From the NCBI GenBank assembly GCA_964452565.1, contig CAYVLY010000001.1:579053-643052 (forward strand): 64,000 nt of DNA, read 5' to 3'. This DNA comes from an uncultured Gammaproteobacteria bacterium (lineage in GTDB: Bacteria > Patescibacteriota > Patescibacteriia > UBA9934). The stretch's first letter is position 1. Each line of letters begins with the position of its first letter. Under the pieces are notes generated by a model. That model made no database searches and was not told the origin of the DNA. It worked only from the letters and a program-made list of their open reading frames with translations. Below, in pieces: positions 20,933 to 29,049 of this stretch. The position numbers and the translations under genes are program-made.

Positions 20933-21406
20933 TTAAACGTTGGTTAAGTCTGAATCAAGTATCTCATCAAGCTGCTTATCAAGGTCGTCAACTGACATCT
21001 TTGATTCGTCAGATGGCTTTTGAGCAACTTGTACCTTTTTCTCTTTCTTTGGAGCCGTTCGCTTTCCTTCTGGGGTAAGCGGCTCCTGATATGCAGAAAG
21101 TTTAAAGTCTCCTGTTGGGATCCCCTCTTCATGCTTCACAATAGTGTGACGCAAAACATCGTCTGATAGTCGGAAATTTTGATCAATCTTTTGTAGATTT
21201 GACCCGTCATGCTCAAAATAAGACAACACATATGTTCCATGTGTTACTTTTTTGATTGGATATGCAAGCTTAATCTTTCCAAGGTTTTGTGTTTGCTCGA
21301 CCTTGGTACCAGCATCTTCGAGCGACTTACTTGTTCGCTCAATCACTCCATCGATCTCAGAATCTGAGAACTTTGAAGGAATGATATATAAAATCTCGTA
21401 GATCAT
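20933..21406 (-). CDS. rpsF: 30S ribosomal protein S6 with C-terminal extension
   Basis: MIYEILYIIPSKFS... S6 N-terminus; conserved rpsF-ssb-rpsR order (no rplI follows). Confidence 0.85.
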   Translation of the reverse strand: MIYEILYIIPSKFSDSEIDGVIERTSKSLEDAGTKVEQTQNLGKIKLAYPIKKVTHGTYVLSYFEHDGSNLQKIDQNFRLSDDVLRHTIVKHEEGIPTGDFKLSAYQEPLTPEGKRTAPKKEKKVQVAQKPSDESKMSVDDLDKQLDEILDSDLTNV

Positions 21407-21523
21407 AGATTTATAGGCCTCTTTTCGAGGCAGCCTTATGGCTATGGACTACATTAGTCCTATGAGTTAGTGAGCAAATACTAGCTTAGACCAATGATTT
21501 CGTCAAGCATTAGCCATTTCTTA

Positions 21524-21561
21524 TTTTTCACGATGTACGCGATCGCGTACATCGTGAAAAA
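21524..21561. terminator. 38-bp perfect palindrome (bidirectional terminator-like hairpin) upstream of rpsF
   Basis: tttttcacgatgtacgcga|tcgcgtacatcgtgaaaaa is an exact reverse-complement symmetry flanked by T5/A5. Confidence 0.5.
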
Positions 21562-21624
21562 TTGGAAGCACGAAACCCCGGCTCAAGAAGGGCGCGGGGT
21601 CGAGGCTGTCGAATGGCAGAGGGG

Positions 21625-22239
21625 CTAGAACGACCCGCCGTAGTAGGGCGTGAAGCTCTCGAAGCGCAGCTGCTCTTCACCTTGCAGATCGTAGACCACA
21701 ATGTCTTCGTCCACGCAGACCAGATTGCCGCGAGTGATCTCAGCGTAGAGGCCACTGGTTGACCCCCAGTCTGGCAGGATTGCCATAGGTGAATCACCAC
21801 CGGGGCACCCTTCGAGCATATCACGAGCGATCTCGATCTGGCTCGTGGGCCTATCTGCCCAGGCAAAGGCCACACGACCGGTTGACTGCACGACCCGCTG
21901 ATGAAGAACGCGCTCGCCATTGTGGGTCACAGCAACCTCGTAGATGCCTGCTCGCGTCAGGCACAGGACCGTGGTCGCCCAAGGCAGGATCTGCTTGTAG
22001 CCGATGGCATAGTGGGAATTGCCCTCGAACCCCAGATCCTCGCAGAACGTATCCAGGTTCAGGTAGTTCTCGATCTTGAGGTGTGGGATACCCCTTCCCC
22101 CATCCTCGAGTAAAGCATCGGCTGTCGGCGGTGATCCACTCATGTCGAAGTAGATCGCCCGTGCCTTGGGGGTAAAGAACCATCCGTTGGCGATGAGCAG
22201 TGCGGCGATTGCTGCCATGAAAAGAAGAACGCGTCGCAT
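21625..22239 (-). CDS. Secreted hypothetical protein (high-GC island)
   Basis: Signal peptide MRRVLLFMAAIAALLIANG; GGAGG SD; ~62% GC; no family recognised. Confidence 0.5.
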   Translation of the reverse strand: MRRVLLFMAAIAALLIANGWFFTPKARAIYFDMSGSPPTADALLEDGGRGIPHLKIENYLNLDTFCEDLGFEGNSHYAIGYKQILPWATTVLCLTRAGIYEVAVTHNGERVLHQRVVQSTGRVAFAWADRPTSQIEIARDMLEGCPGGDSPMAILPDWGSTSGLYAEITRGNLVCVDEDIVVYDLQGEEQLRFESFTPYYGGSF

Positions 22240-22382
22240 CTGACCTCCAGTAATTCATGCGATTCATCGACGGGACTGTCGACTGCTCAAAGTATAACAT
22301 CTGTATAGTTTGGTCAATATTATCGGAAAACAAGAAACCGCCCGTAGAAGCAGGCAGCTCCAAGGGCAGCGAGGTTATGGAA

Positions 22383-22691
22383 CTAAGTCTTGTAGAGGAC
22401 GACACCAATCACGGCGAGGGAGATTAGGATGCTCACGAGCATGCTCCAGAACATCAGAGTGTTCTTGGTCTTGATACCCATGAGAGTGAACGTGGTCTGA
22501 AGAGCAATAAAGATAAGCCACATGGGGATCGATACCGCCTCGACGTTCTCGTTCTCGATCACACTCACGAGCTGTGGTGCCAGAGCAACAGAGTTGGCAA
22601 GCGACACCCAGCCAGACACGCGGTTGAAGTACCGGTGCTCCACGAACCAGGCCATATTGCGATGCAGTTTGTCGATGAGCCTTTCGCTCAT
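22383..22691 (-). CDS. Small two-TM membrane protein (high-GC island)
   Basis: 102 aa with hydrophobic helices (IPMWLIFIALQTTFTLMGI..., MLVSILISLAVIGVVLY); GGAGGTG SD. Confidence 0.45.
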   Translation of the reverse strand: MSERLIDKLHRNMAWFVEHRYFNRVSGWVSLANSVALAPQLVSVIENENVEAVSIPMWLIFIALQTTFTLMGIKTKNTLMFWSMLVSILISLAVIGVVLYKT

Positions 22692-22790
22692 GGTTCACCT
22701 CCAAGTGTCTACGACAGATAAACTTAGCGCAATCTCACCCCCAAGTCAATCGCTAGACCAAAAGCCATAACTCGATTATTATGCGAACGT

Positions 22791-23954
22791 ATGAAACAAT
22801 TTGCGATTTTGGGGTTACATCCAGAGCTTAGCCTGGCTGAACTAGAGACCGTTACTAAGACTAAAGCCGATCAGAGCTCTGATCAGGCTGCTGTTTTTGA
22901 GTCAGATGGGCACATTCCTGAACTTCAAGGTATTCTCGGGGGTACGCAAAAGCTTGGTGAGATCCTTGGAACCGTCAAAGACCACCAGGAGATTGAAAAG
23001 CACCTTCACGCGCTTTTGATCGAACGTGAAACAGAGGGAAAGCTTAAGTTCGGAATAAGTGTGTACGATCTTGGAAGCCCAAAACGGACAAGAGAAATTC
23101 AAAAGTACATGCACAAGGTCGGAATCTCCGTAAAAAAGATCGTGAAAGAATCTGGGCGATCAGTTCGGCTCGTTACATCTAAGGACCCCGTACTATCGAC
23201 CGTAGTAGTTGAGAAAAATAAACTAGTAACAAAGGGAATTGAGTTTGTTCTGCTTGTCGACGCATCAGAAATACACATTGGAGTTACAAAAGCAGTGCAA
23301 GATTTCGAAGATTGGTCACATCGAGACTATGACCGACCCGGACGTGATGCAAAGTCTGGCATGCTTCCGCCAAAACTGGCGCGCATGATGGTTAACCTCG
23401 CAGGGGTCAGACCCAGGGATAGCTATTTGCTTGATCCGTTCTGCGGATCTGGAACAGTGCTAATGGAAGCATCGCTTTTGGAGTTCGATAATGTGATTGG
23501 ATCAGACATTTCGAAAAAAGCTATTGATGATACACGCAAAAATCTTGATTGGCTTACCAAAGAGAAGTACCGGGTCGCAGACAATACTCTAATATGCGAA
23601 TCAGCAACTGAGCTTACAAAGCATCTTGATAAAAACTCGGTCGACGTGATTGTTACCGAGCCGTTCTTGGGCAATCCTCGATCCGGTAAAGAACGTGTGC
23701 AGGATGTAGAGCATGCGATCGAAGCTTTGACCGAATTGTACGAATCATCGTTTGAAGAACTCGATAAAATCTTGAAACCAGGTGGCGTAATGGTTATCGC
23801 CTCCCCCATTCATTTTGTAAAAGAACAGGCTTTCCCAGTGCCTACAATTGAAATACTGGAAAAACTCGGATACGAGCAAGTTCAAAAACCTCTTTTATAT
23901 AAACGTGAAAAGCAGCACCTAGGCCGCAATATTCTAGTTTTCCGCAAAAAATAG
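22791..23954 (+). CDS. Putative RNA methyltransferase, UPF0020 / Trm14-TrmN-like (SAM-dependent)
   Basis: DPFCGSGTVLMEA SAM motif preceded by ...MLPPKLARMMVNLAG..., typical of UPF0020 N2-G/N6-A RNA methylases. Confidence 0.55.
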   Translation: MKQFAILGLHPELSLAELETVTKTKADQSSDQAAVFESDGHIPELQGILGGTQKLGEILGTVKDHQEIEKHLHALLIERETEGKLKFGISVYDLGSPKRTREIQKYMHKVGISVKKIVKESGRSVRLVTSKDPVLSTVVVEKNKLVTKGIEFVLLVDASEIHIGVTKAVQDFEDWSHRDYDRPGRDAKSGMLPPKLARMMVNLAGVRPRDSYLLDPFCGSGTVLMEASLLEFDNVIGSDISKKAIDDTRKNLDWLTKEKYRVADNTLICESATELTKHLDKNSVDVIVTEPFLGNPRSGKERVQDVEHAIEALTELYESSFEELDKILKPGGVMVIASPIHFVKEQAFPVPTIEILEKLGYEQVQKPLLYKREKQHLGRNILVFRKK

Positions 23955-23975
23955 ACCAATATTAGCCCAAAGGGG

Positions 23976-24004
23976 TTGACAAAACCCAAAAACTAGTGTA
24001 TAAA
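23976..24004 (+). promoter_or_regulatory. Sigma70-like promoter for the LysM-vWA gene
   Basis: TTGACA, 17-nt spacer (aaacccaaaaactagtg), TATAAA; AAGGAGG SD before the ATG at 24085. Confidence 0.55.
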
Positions 24005-24084
24005 CACCGGTTCCTCAGTTCCTTCATTCGCCTTACCTGTCCATCCTGGACTCCACCCCCGAAGCTGACCCAAGGAGGTCCACA

Positions 24085-24975
24085 ATGCTTCCCACTGACC
24101 TTCGCCTCAACCAAGGCACCCCGTACAACCACGCCCGTCGCCAGAAGCTCCAACGCGCCGGCATCATGATCGTACTCGGCCTTCTCGCCACCCTCGTGGT
24201 GCTCGTCATCTCCTGCTCTGGTGATGATGAGTTCACCTACATCGAGATGGGCACGGCCTGGCACCAGGAGCCCGAGCGCGCGTACATCGTGCAGAAGGGC
24301 GACAACCTGCACAAGATCGCGGCGAAGTACGAAAACGTGAGCTGGGAGGATATCCTCTTGGCAAACGACACACTCAAGGCCAAGTACGAGCAGATCTGCA
24401 GCAAGAAGTCCGCCGGGTACCGCAACAGCTCCAGCCGCCGCGGCACCTTCTGCAACGACCGGTACAACCGGCCGTATGGGAACACGCTCATGCCCGGCTG
24501 GACGCTCATCATCCCGCCCGGCAAAGCGCCCCAGGCCATCCACGACATCGTGCTCGAGAACATCGAAGCAAGCGACAAGATCGGCCTGTTGATCGATGAC
24601 ACCGGCTCCATGGGCAACAACCTCAGGGAGGTAGCCCAGTTCTACAGTGCCGCGCTCAACAAGCACGGCCGGGACAATGTCGGTATCTGGCTCTACTCCG
24701 ATGGTGAAACCTGGAAGGTCGAGGACGGTGGCTTCCACACCAGCGGCGACACTGAGAACACCCACGGTGCGCTCAAGGTCGTGGCCGATGCCGACCCGGA
24801 CGTGATCATCCTTGTGACCGACGAGATCGGAGACGACTGGGACTGGGACAGCGTGCCTGACCTGCCCCCGGTGATCGCCAACTGCATCCCGGACGGAGAT
24901 GGCGACTGCGAAGGCTCCATGTCCAAGCTGGCCACCGATACCCACGGCGAGTTCGTCCTGCTCACCGGCTTCTAG
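24085..24975 (+). CDS. Membrane-anchored LysM + von Willebrand factor A (vWA) domain protein (high-GC island)
   Basis: TM IMIVLGLLATLVVLVI; LysM YIVQKGDNLHKIAAKYENVSWEDILLAN...PGWTLIIP; vWA MIDAS-like LIDDTGSMG and ...VIILVTDEIGDDWD. Confidence 0.65.
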   Translation: MLPTDLRLNQGTPYNHARRQKLQRAGIMIVLGLLATLVVLVISCSGDDEFTYIEMGTAWHQEPERAYIVQKGDNLHKIAAKYENVSWEDILLANDTLKAKYEQICSKKSAGYRNSSSRRGTFCNDRYNRPYGNTLMPGWTLIIPPGKAPQAIHDIVLENIEASDKIGLLIDDTGSMGNNLREVAQFYSAALNKHGRDNVGIWLYSDGETWKVEDGGFHTSGDTENTHGALKVVADADPDVIILVTDEIGDDWDWDSVPDLPPVIANCIPDGDGDCEGSMSKLATDTHGEFVLLTGF

Positions 24976-25035
24976 TCACCCTCTTCCCTCCTTCGACCCC
25001 CGACCATCTGGTTCGGGGGTTCGCTGCGTCTAAAA

Positions 25036-25707
25036 TTGACCAGTACACAATTTTGCAGTAAAAATAAACCAGCACACTTACATGCGGGAGAACAATTGGA
25101 AAAAGAACAGTTGGCGATACTTGCTTCTATCACAGTAGGTCTGATAATGATTGTCTTCAGTTGGAGATACATCATGCTGGTCAAGCAGAAAAAGACTGAT
25201 CCCACCCTATCTATGTGGCTCATCTTTCTCATCGGGGCTGGCTTAAGCCTCACAACTCACCTTTCTGATGACAAGACCGACGTCTTGGGCAGTGCGCTCA
25301 ACATTGTAGACGTGCTTGCTATATTCACGATCATAGTGGGTGTAATGATCTTCGGTAAGAACAAAGAGATTCGGCTTCAAGACTTTGAAAAGAAGTACCT
25401 AGCAGGGGCGTTATACATCGTGCTCTTTTGGCAAGTCTTCGATGATGCCTTTACCTCCAACCTACTCGTACAAGTGCTCATGACGTTTGGGTACTTCCCA
25501 ACAACAGAGCATATGGTCCGATCAGGCAAGAACACAGAATCATTCAAGGCCTGGGGTCTGGCTCTCTCAGCATCGATCGTGGGCTTTTACCCGCCATACG
25601 TGGAGGAGAGCCTTCTTGGCCAAATCTATGTCGCCAGATCGTTTCTCTCCGTGATCTTTATCCTCTGCCTGATGACCTACTTCGAACGTCGAGCACGCAA
25701 GAAGTAA
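25036..25707 (+). CDS. Hypothetical multi-pass membrane protein
   Basis: Several hydrophobic helices; start uncertain. Confidence 0.4.
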   Translation: MTSTQFCSKNKPAHLHAGEQLEKEQLAILASITVGLIMIVFSWRYIMLVKQKKTDPTLSMWLIFLIGAGLSLTTHLSDDKTDVLGSALNIVDVLAIFTIIVGVMIFGKNKEIRLQDFEKKYLAGALYIVLFWQVFDDAFTSNLLVQVLMTFGYFPTTEHMVRSGKNTESFKAWGLALSASIVGFYPPYVEESLLGQIYVARSFLSVIFILCLMTYFERRARKK

Positions 25708-25734
25708 TGCTGCCAAGGCAAAGGCGCTACTCAA

Positions 25735-25765
25735 AAAGACCCTCACCGGGGTCTTTCCTGCTTTA
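25735..25765. terminator. Bidirectional rho-independent terminator (convergent with the ychF end)
   Basis: aaagaccc-tcaccg-gggtcttt 8-bp perfect stem flanked by A- and T-tracts. Confidence 0.55.
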
Positions 25766-25777
25766 TTGATCAATAAA

Positions 25778-26854
25778 TTACACACCAACGCGAAAATGGC
25801 AGACATCGCCGTCCTGCATTACATATTCTTTACCCTCGACCCGCATCTTTCCAGCCTCGCGTGCACCAACTTCACCTTGATGAGTCTCAAAATCCTCATA
25901 ATGAATTACTTCGGCACGAATAAAAGCCTTTTCAAAGTCTGTATGAATAACACCTGCAGCCTGAGGTGCAAGTGTCCCCTTCTTCACAGTCCATGCACGC
26001 GTCTCTTTTTCTCCAGTAGTCAAGAATGTGATCAACTCAAGCATCTCATAGCTCTTTCGAATGACCTTATCTAATCCTGACTCGCCGATTCGGAGCTCCT
26101 GAAGGAATTCAACACGCTCCTCATCTGTCAAAGTCGACATCTCTGCCTCAAGCTTCACAGAAATCGGAATCGCAATGCGATCATCTCCAAGCGGCGACTG
26201 CCAGTCTCTATCTTTTGCCGCCTCTTCATCAACATTCACAATGTAAAGAATCTCCTTTGTAGTCAAAAGTTGAAGCTCACACAAAGCCTCAGCCTCCTTA
26301 TCATCAAGTTCAACTGTAATTGCAAGCTTTCCATCTTCAAGTGCATCCTTATACTTTCGAAGGCCAGAAACCTGCAAAAGCAACTCCTTGTCCTTTGTGC
26401 TCTCTGCCTTGCGTTCAATCGACTCAAGTCGCTTATCGACCGTTGCTAGATCGGCCATCATTAACTCCATTTCAATGATCTCAGAATCTCTAGCCGGGTC
26501 AATACTTCCATCAACATGTGCAATATCTCCATCATCAAATGCGCGCACAACATGCGCGATCATATCGCACTCACGGATATTTGAAAGAAACTTATTACCC
26601 AGCCCCTCGCCTTTGTGAGCACCTTTAACAAGTCCCGCAATATCCACGAATTCAATGGCGGTTGGAATGACTTTCTCAGATTTTGAAAACTCAGCCAAAA
26701 TTGCTAGACGTTCATCTGGAACCTCAACAATTCCTACATTTGGCTCAATTGTACAAAAAGGAAAATTTGCACAATCCACTTGCTTCTTGGTGAGTGCGGT
26801 GAATAATGTAGATTTTCCAACGTTTGGGAGTCCAACAATTCCTACTTTTAACAT
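25778..26854 (-). CDS. ychF: Ribosome-binding ATPase YchF
   Basis: [18 protein letters not shown]...C-terminal TGS domain ...[17 protein letters not shown]. Confidence 0.9.
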   Translation of the reverse strand: MLKVGIVGLPNVGKSTLFTALTKKQVDCANFPFCTIEPNVGIVEVPDERLAILAEFSKSEKVIPTAIEFVDIAGLVKGAHKGEGLGNKFLSNIRECDMIAHVVRAFDDGDIAHVDGSIDPARDSEIIEMELMMADLATVDKRLESIERKAESTKDKELLLQVSGLRKYKDALEDGKLAITVELDDKEAEALCELQLLTTKEILYIVNVDEEAAKDRDWQSPLGDDRIAIPISVKLEAEMSTLTDEERVEFLQELRIGESGLDKVIRKSYEMLELITFLTTGEKETRAWTVKKGTLAPQAAGVIHTDFEKAFIRAEVIHYEDFETHQGEVGAREAGKMRVEGKEYVMQDGDVCHFRVGV

Positions 26855-26919
26855 ACAACGGTGAGTCTACCTGATGAGAGGCCTTTTGAACAGTTCTTTT
26901 GTGACGTTTGCCTGATAAT

Positions 26920-26948
26920 TGACAAAAGGCTAAAATCAGGCTAATGTC
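26920..26948 (+). promoter_or_regulatory. Candidate sigma70 promoter (long 5' UTR) for the caspase-like gene
   Basis: TTGACA-17-TAATGT; ~220 nt upstream of the ATG, so weaker support. Confidence 0.3.
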
Positions 26949-27173
26949 CCTTCCTGGGAACTATCGTAAAATGCTCTTTTGAGTATAAACTTCTGAAATT
27001 TGAGTAGATTTGTTTGAAAATTTTTTCGGCAATGCTGTGGTATTGGCTAAAAAATTTTCAGGCAAAGATACCGACTTTCAGGAGTTTAGACCAAATATGG
27101 CGTTTTGCGATAGTTCCCCCAGCCCTTTGGTCATTTATGGCCGTGAATCTACCACTTTCCACCGGAGATCATC

Positions 27174-28406
27174 ATGATCCTTTCCCTTCTCCTTGCGATC
27201 TGCCTGGCCCTGTCCTCCTCTGCCTTCGCACAAGGGGACGAGGTGGTCGAGCCGACAGAGGTACAGCAGCCCGAGGTTGTTGAACCTCCCGAAAAGCCCC
27301 CAGAAGAGCCTGAGCCGACGATCATCGGTCCGGAACCGGACTTCGAAGAAGTGCGCAGACCCAAGACCTTCGCAATGGTCGTGGGTACCTCGAGCTTCGT
27401 GAACTACCCACAGCTCACCAGGCCCGAAGCCGAACCGCTCTGTGAACTCATCGTGACCACGCTCTACAAGGGCCTCCCCCGCGGCGACGTGGTCGCGCTG
27501 TGCGAGCCCGAAGATACCATGCGTGCGAAGATCCTGGCGGCTGCACAACAGCTGGGTGAGCGGCTGCAGGATAACGACACTGTGATCTTCATTTTCATCG
27601 GTGTAGGAGTTGGTGGTGACTACGGTGACCCTGTGCTGCTCACCTATGACTTCTCTCCTTCTGAGGATGGGCTGTCTACGACCACGACCACCACGAACGA
27701 AGTTCACGCAACGCTCAGCCCAGATGGCGCCAAGCTCATCATGGCACTGGATGCGGTCTACAACAGCTCCGTTGACATCATAGGCTCTGATGGAGTCATC
27801 AACATCTCCACGATCGGCCCGATCGCTGAGCACGCCCCTGAGGGAGTACTCGCGATCTCGCACGTGAGTGACGTCGAGCAGATGCCCACAGACAGCCAGC
27901 TCTTCGGCCAGACGCTCGCAAGTGCCTTCGAAGGAGACGCAGATCTCGACGGCAACAACCAGATCTCGCCTAGCGAGCTGAGTCGCTTCATGGTCAGTAC
28001 CATCATGCTCGAGGGTGGCAAGCCCCCTGGTGTGAACGGCGACTGGAAGGCTGCCACCGATCCGATCATCTCCATGCCAATCGAGCTTCCCGAACCCCGC
28101 GAACCCCGCGCTTGGCGCCTGAGCGTGAACCCCAGGATCCGCACTGCATCGATCATCACTGGCGGCACAATGCTCGTCGCAAGCGCCACGAGCTGGATAA
28201 TCACGTCCAGATGGCAAAAGTGCCTAACCGAACCGTGCTACCACGATCTCGACAGCTACAATCAGGCAGTTGCATTGCGCGATACCTGGGCCTGGATGGC
28301 ACGTGGAACCGGAGCGCTCGGCATCGTCGGCCTGGGCGGGGGTCTGTACCTCAAGCCTACGCCCAACGGCCCCGAAGCTCAGGTGAGCCTCACGGCTCGG
28401 TGGTAG
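27174..28406 (+). CDS. Secreted caspase-like (peptidase C14 fold) protein apparently lacking the His/Cys dyad, with EF-hand/dockerin-like Ca motif and C-terminal TM anchor (high-GC island)
   Basis: Signal peptide MILSLLLAICLALSSSAFA. Caspase-like block FAMVVGTSSFVNYPQL...DTVIFIFIGVGVGG...LIMALDAVYNSS has GVG in place of SGHG and no Cys at the DAC position. DADLDGNNQISPSELSRF; C-terminal hydrophobic IITGGTMLVASATSWII. Confidence 0.5.
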   Translation: MILSLLLAICLALSSSAFAQGDEVVEPTEVQQPEVVEPPEKPPEEPEPTIIGPEPDFEEVRRPKTFAMVVGTSSFVNYPQLTRPEAEPLCELIVTTLYKGLPRGDVVALCEPEDTMRAKILAAAQQLGERLQDNDTVIFIFIGVGVGGDYGDPVLLTYDFSPSEDGLSTTTTTTNEVHATLSPDGAKLIMALDAVYNSSVDIIGSDGVINISTIGPIAEHAPEGVLAISHVSDVEQMPTDSQLFGQTLASAFEGDADLDGNNQISPSELSRFMVSTIMLEGGKPPGVNGDWKAATDPIISMPIELPEPREPRAWRLSVNPRIRTASIITGGTMLVASATSWIITSRWQKCLTEPCYHDLDSYNQAVALRDTWAWMARGTGALGIVGLGGGLYLKPTPNGPEAQVSLTARW

Positions 28407-28428
28407 ATCCACACGTACGTACGTCAAA

Positions 28429-28472
28429 CGCCCGGACTCTCATCCTCGAGAGCCCGGGCGCCATGCTTTTTA
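28429..28472 (+). terminator. Rho-independent terminator
   Basis: cgcccgg...ccgggcg stem, then ccatgcttttta. Confidence 0.5.
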
Positions 28473-28639
28473 TAGGTAATAAAATTAGTCTTTTTGTCTC
28501 AAGGTTCAACCTCTGAGGTTAAGCCTTAATTTCCTATATCAATACATCGAAACAGACTTAGCTGTGATGCTCCGGTAAAAAAAGAAGAACCCCCGCCGCA
28601 GGCAGGAGTCCTGAGCGGGAGAGAAGTGGATCTCGATCA

Positions 28640-29008
28640 CTACCTGTTGACACCGAGCTCTTCGGTGAGACCGGGACGGTGCTGGGCCATGGCACGGCAG
28701 ACCCTGGCAGCGATCGGCTCGAGCCGATCGTGCCGGCGGTACTTGCCGAAGAAAATCCAGAACCGTTTGGTAACTGCAGCGTCGCCGATTTCCGTATCTT
28801 TGATGAACTCGATCAGGTACCCTGCATCCTGCTCGCACTGGCTGCGGAACGGATTGCCGACCTGACGCTGACGCTGCCTGTCCCTTTCCTGGCGGAGGCT
28901 GAGGAGGAAGATGTGCAGAAGACTCGTGAGTATCGCGATGATCCTTTCGTTTGATCTGGGTGGACTCAAAAAGCCGATCAATATATCAAAAAAGGGACCC
29001 GCTGTCAA
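28640..29008 (-). other. Ambiguous small ORF pair in a high-GC segment (minus 122 aa with TTG start, or plus 28679..28954 91 aa); coding status uncertain
   Basis: Overlapping ORFs on both strands in a 63% GC stretch; no clear RBS for either. Confidence 0.2.
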
Positions 29009-29049
29009 TAGCAGACCCCTATTTTTTACCTAAAATAAAACAAAATCTT

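Noticed and set aside
23962-24945. 327-aa minus-strand ORF opposite the LysM-vWA gene
   Set aside because: The composition is V/G/A/R/D/L-rich and typical of antisense translation of high-GC DNA; the plus-strand ORF has a promoter, SD, TM and recognisable LysM/vWA motifs.
27135-28217. 360-aa minus-strand ORF (and nested 27149..27364, 27758..28204) opposite the caspase-like gene
   Set aside because: It is an antisense artefact of a high-GC gene: no RBS, no motifs, Arg/Gly/His-rich.
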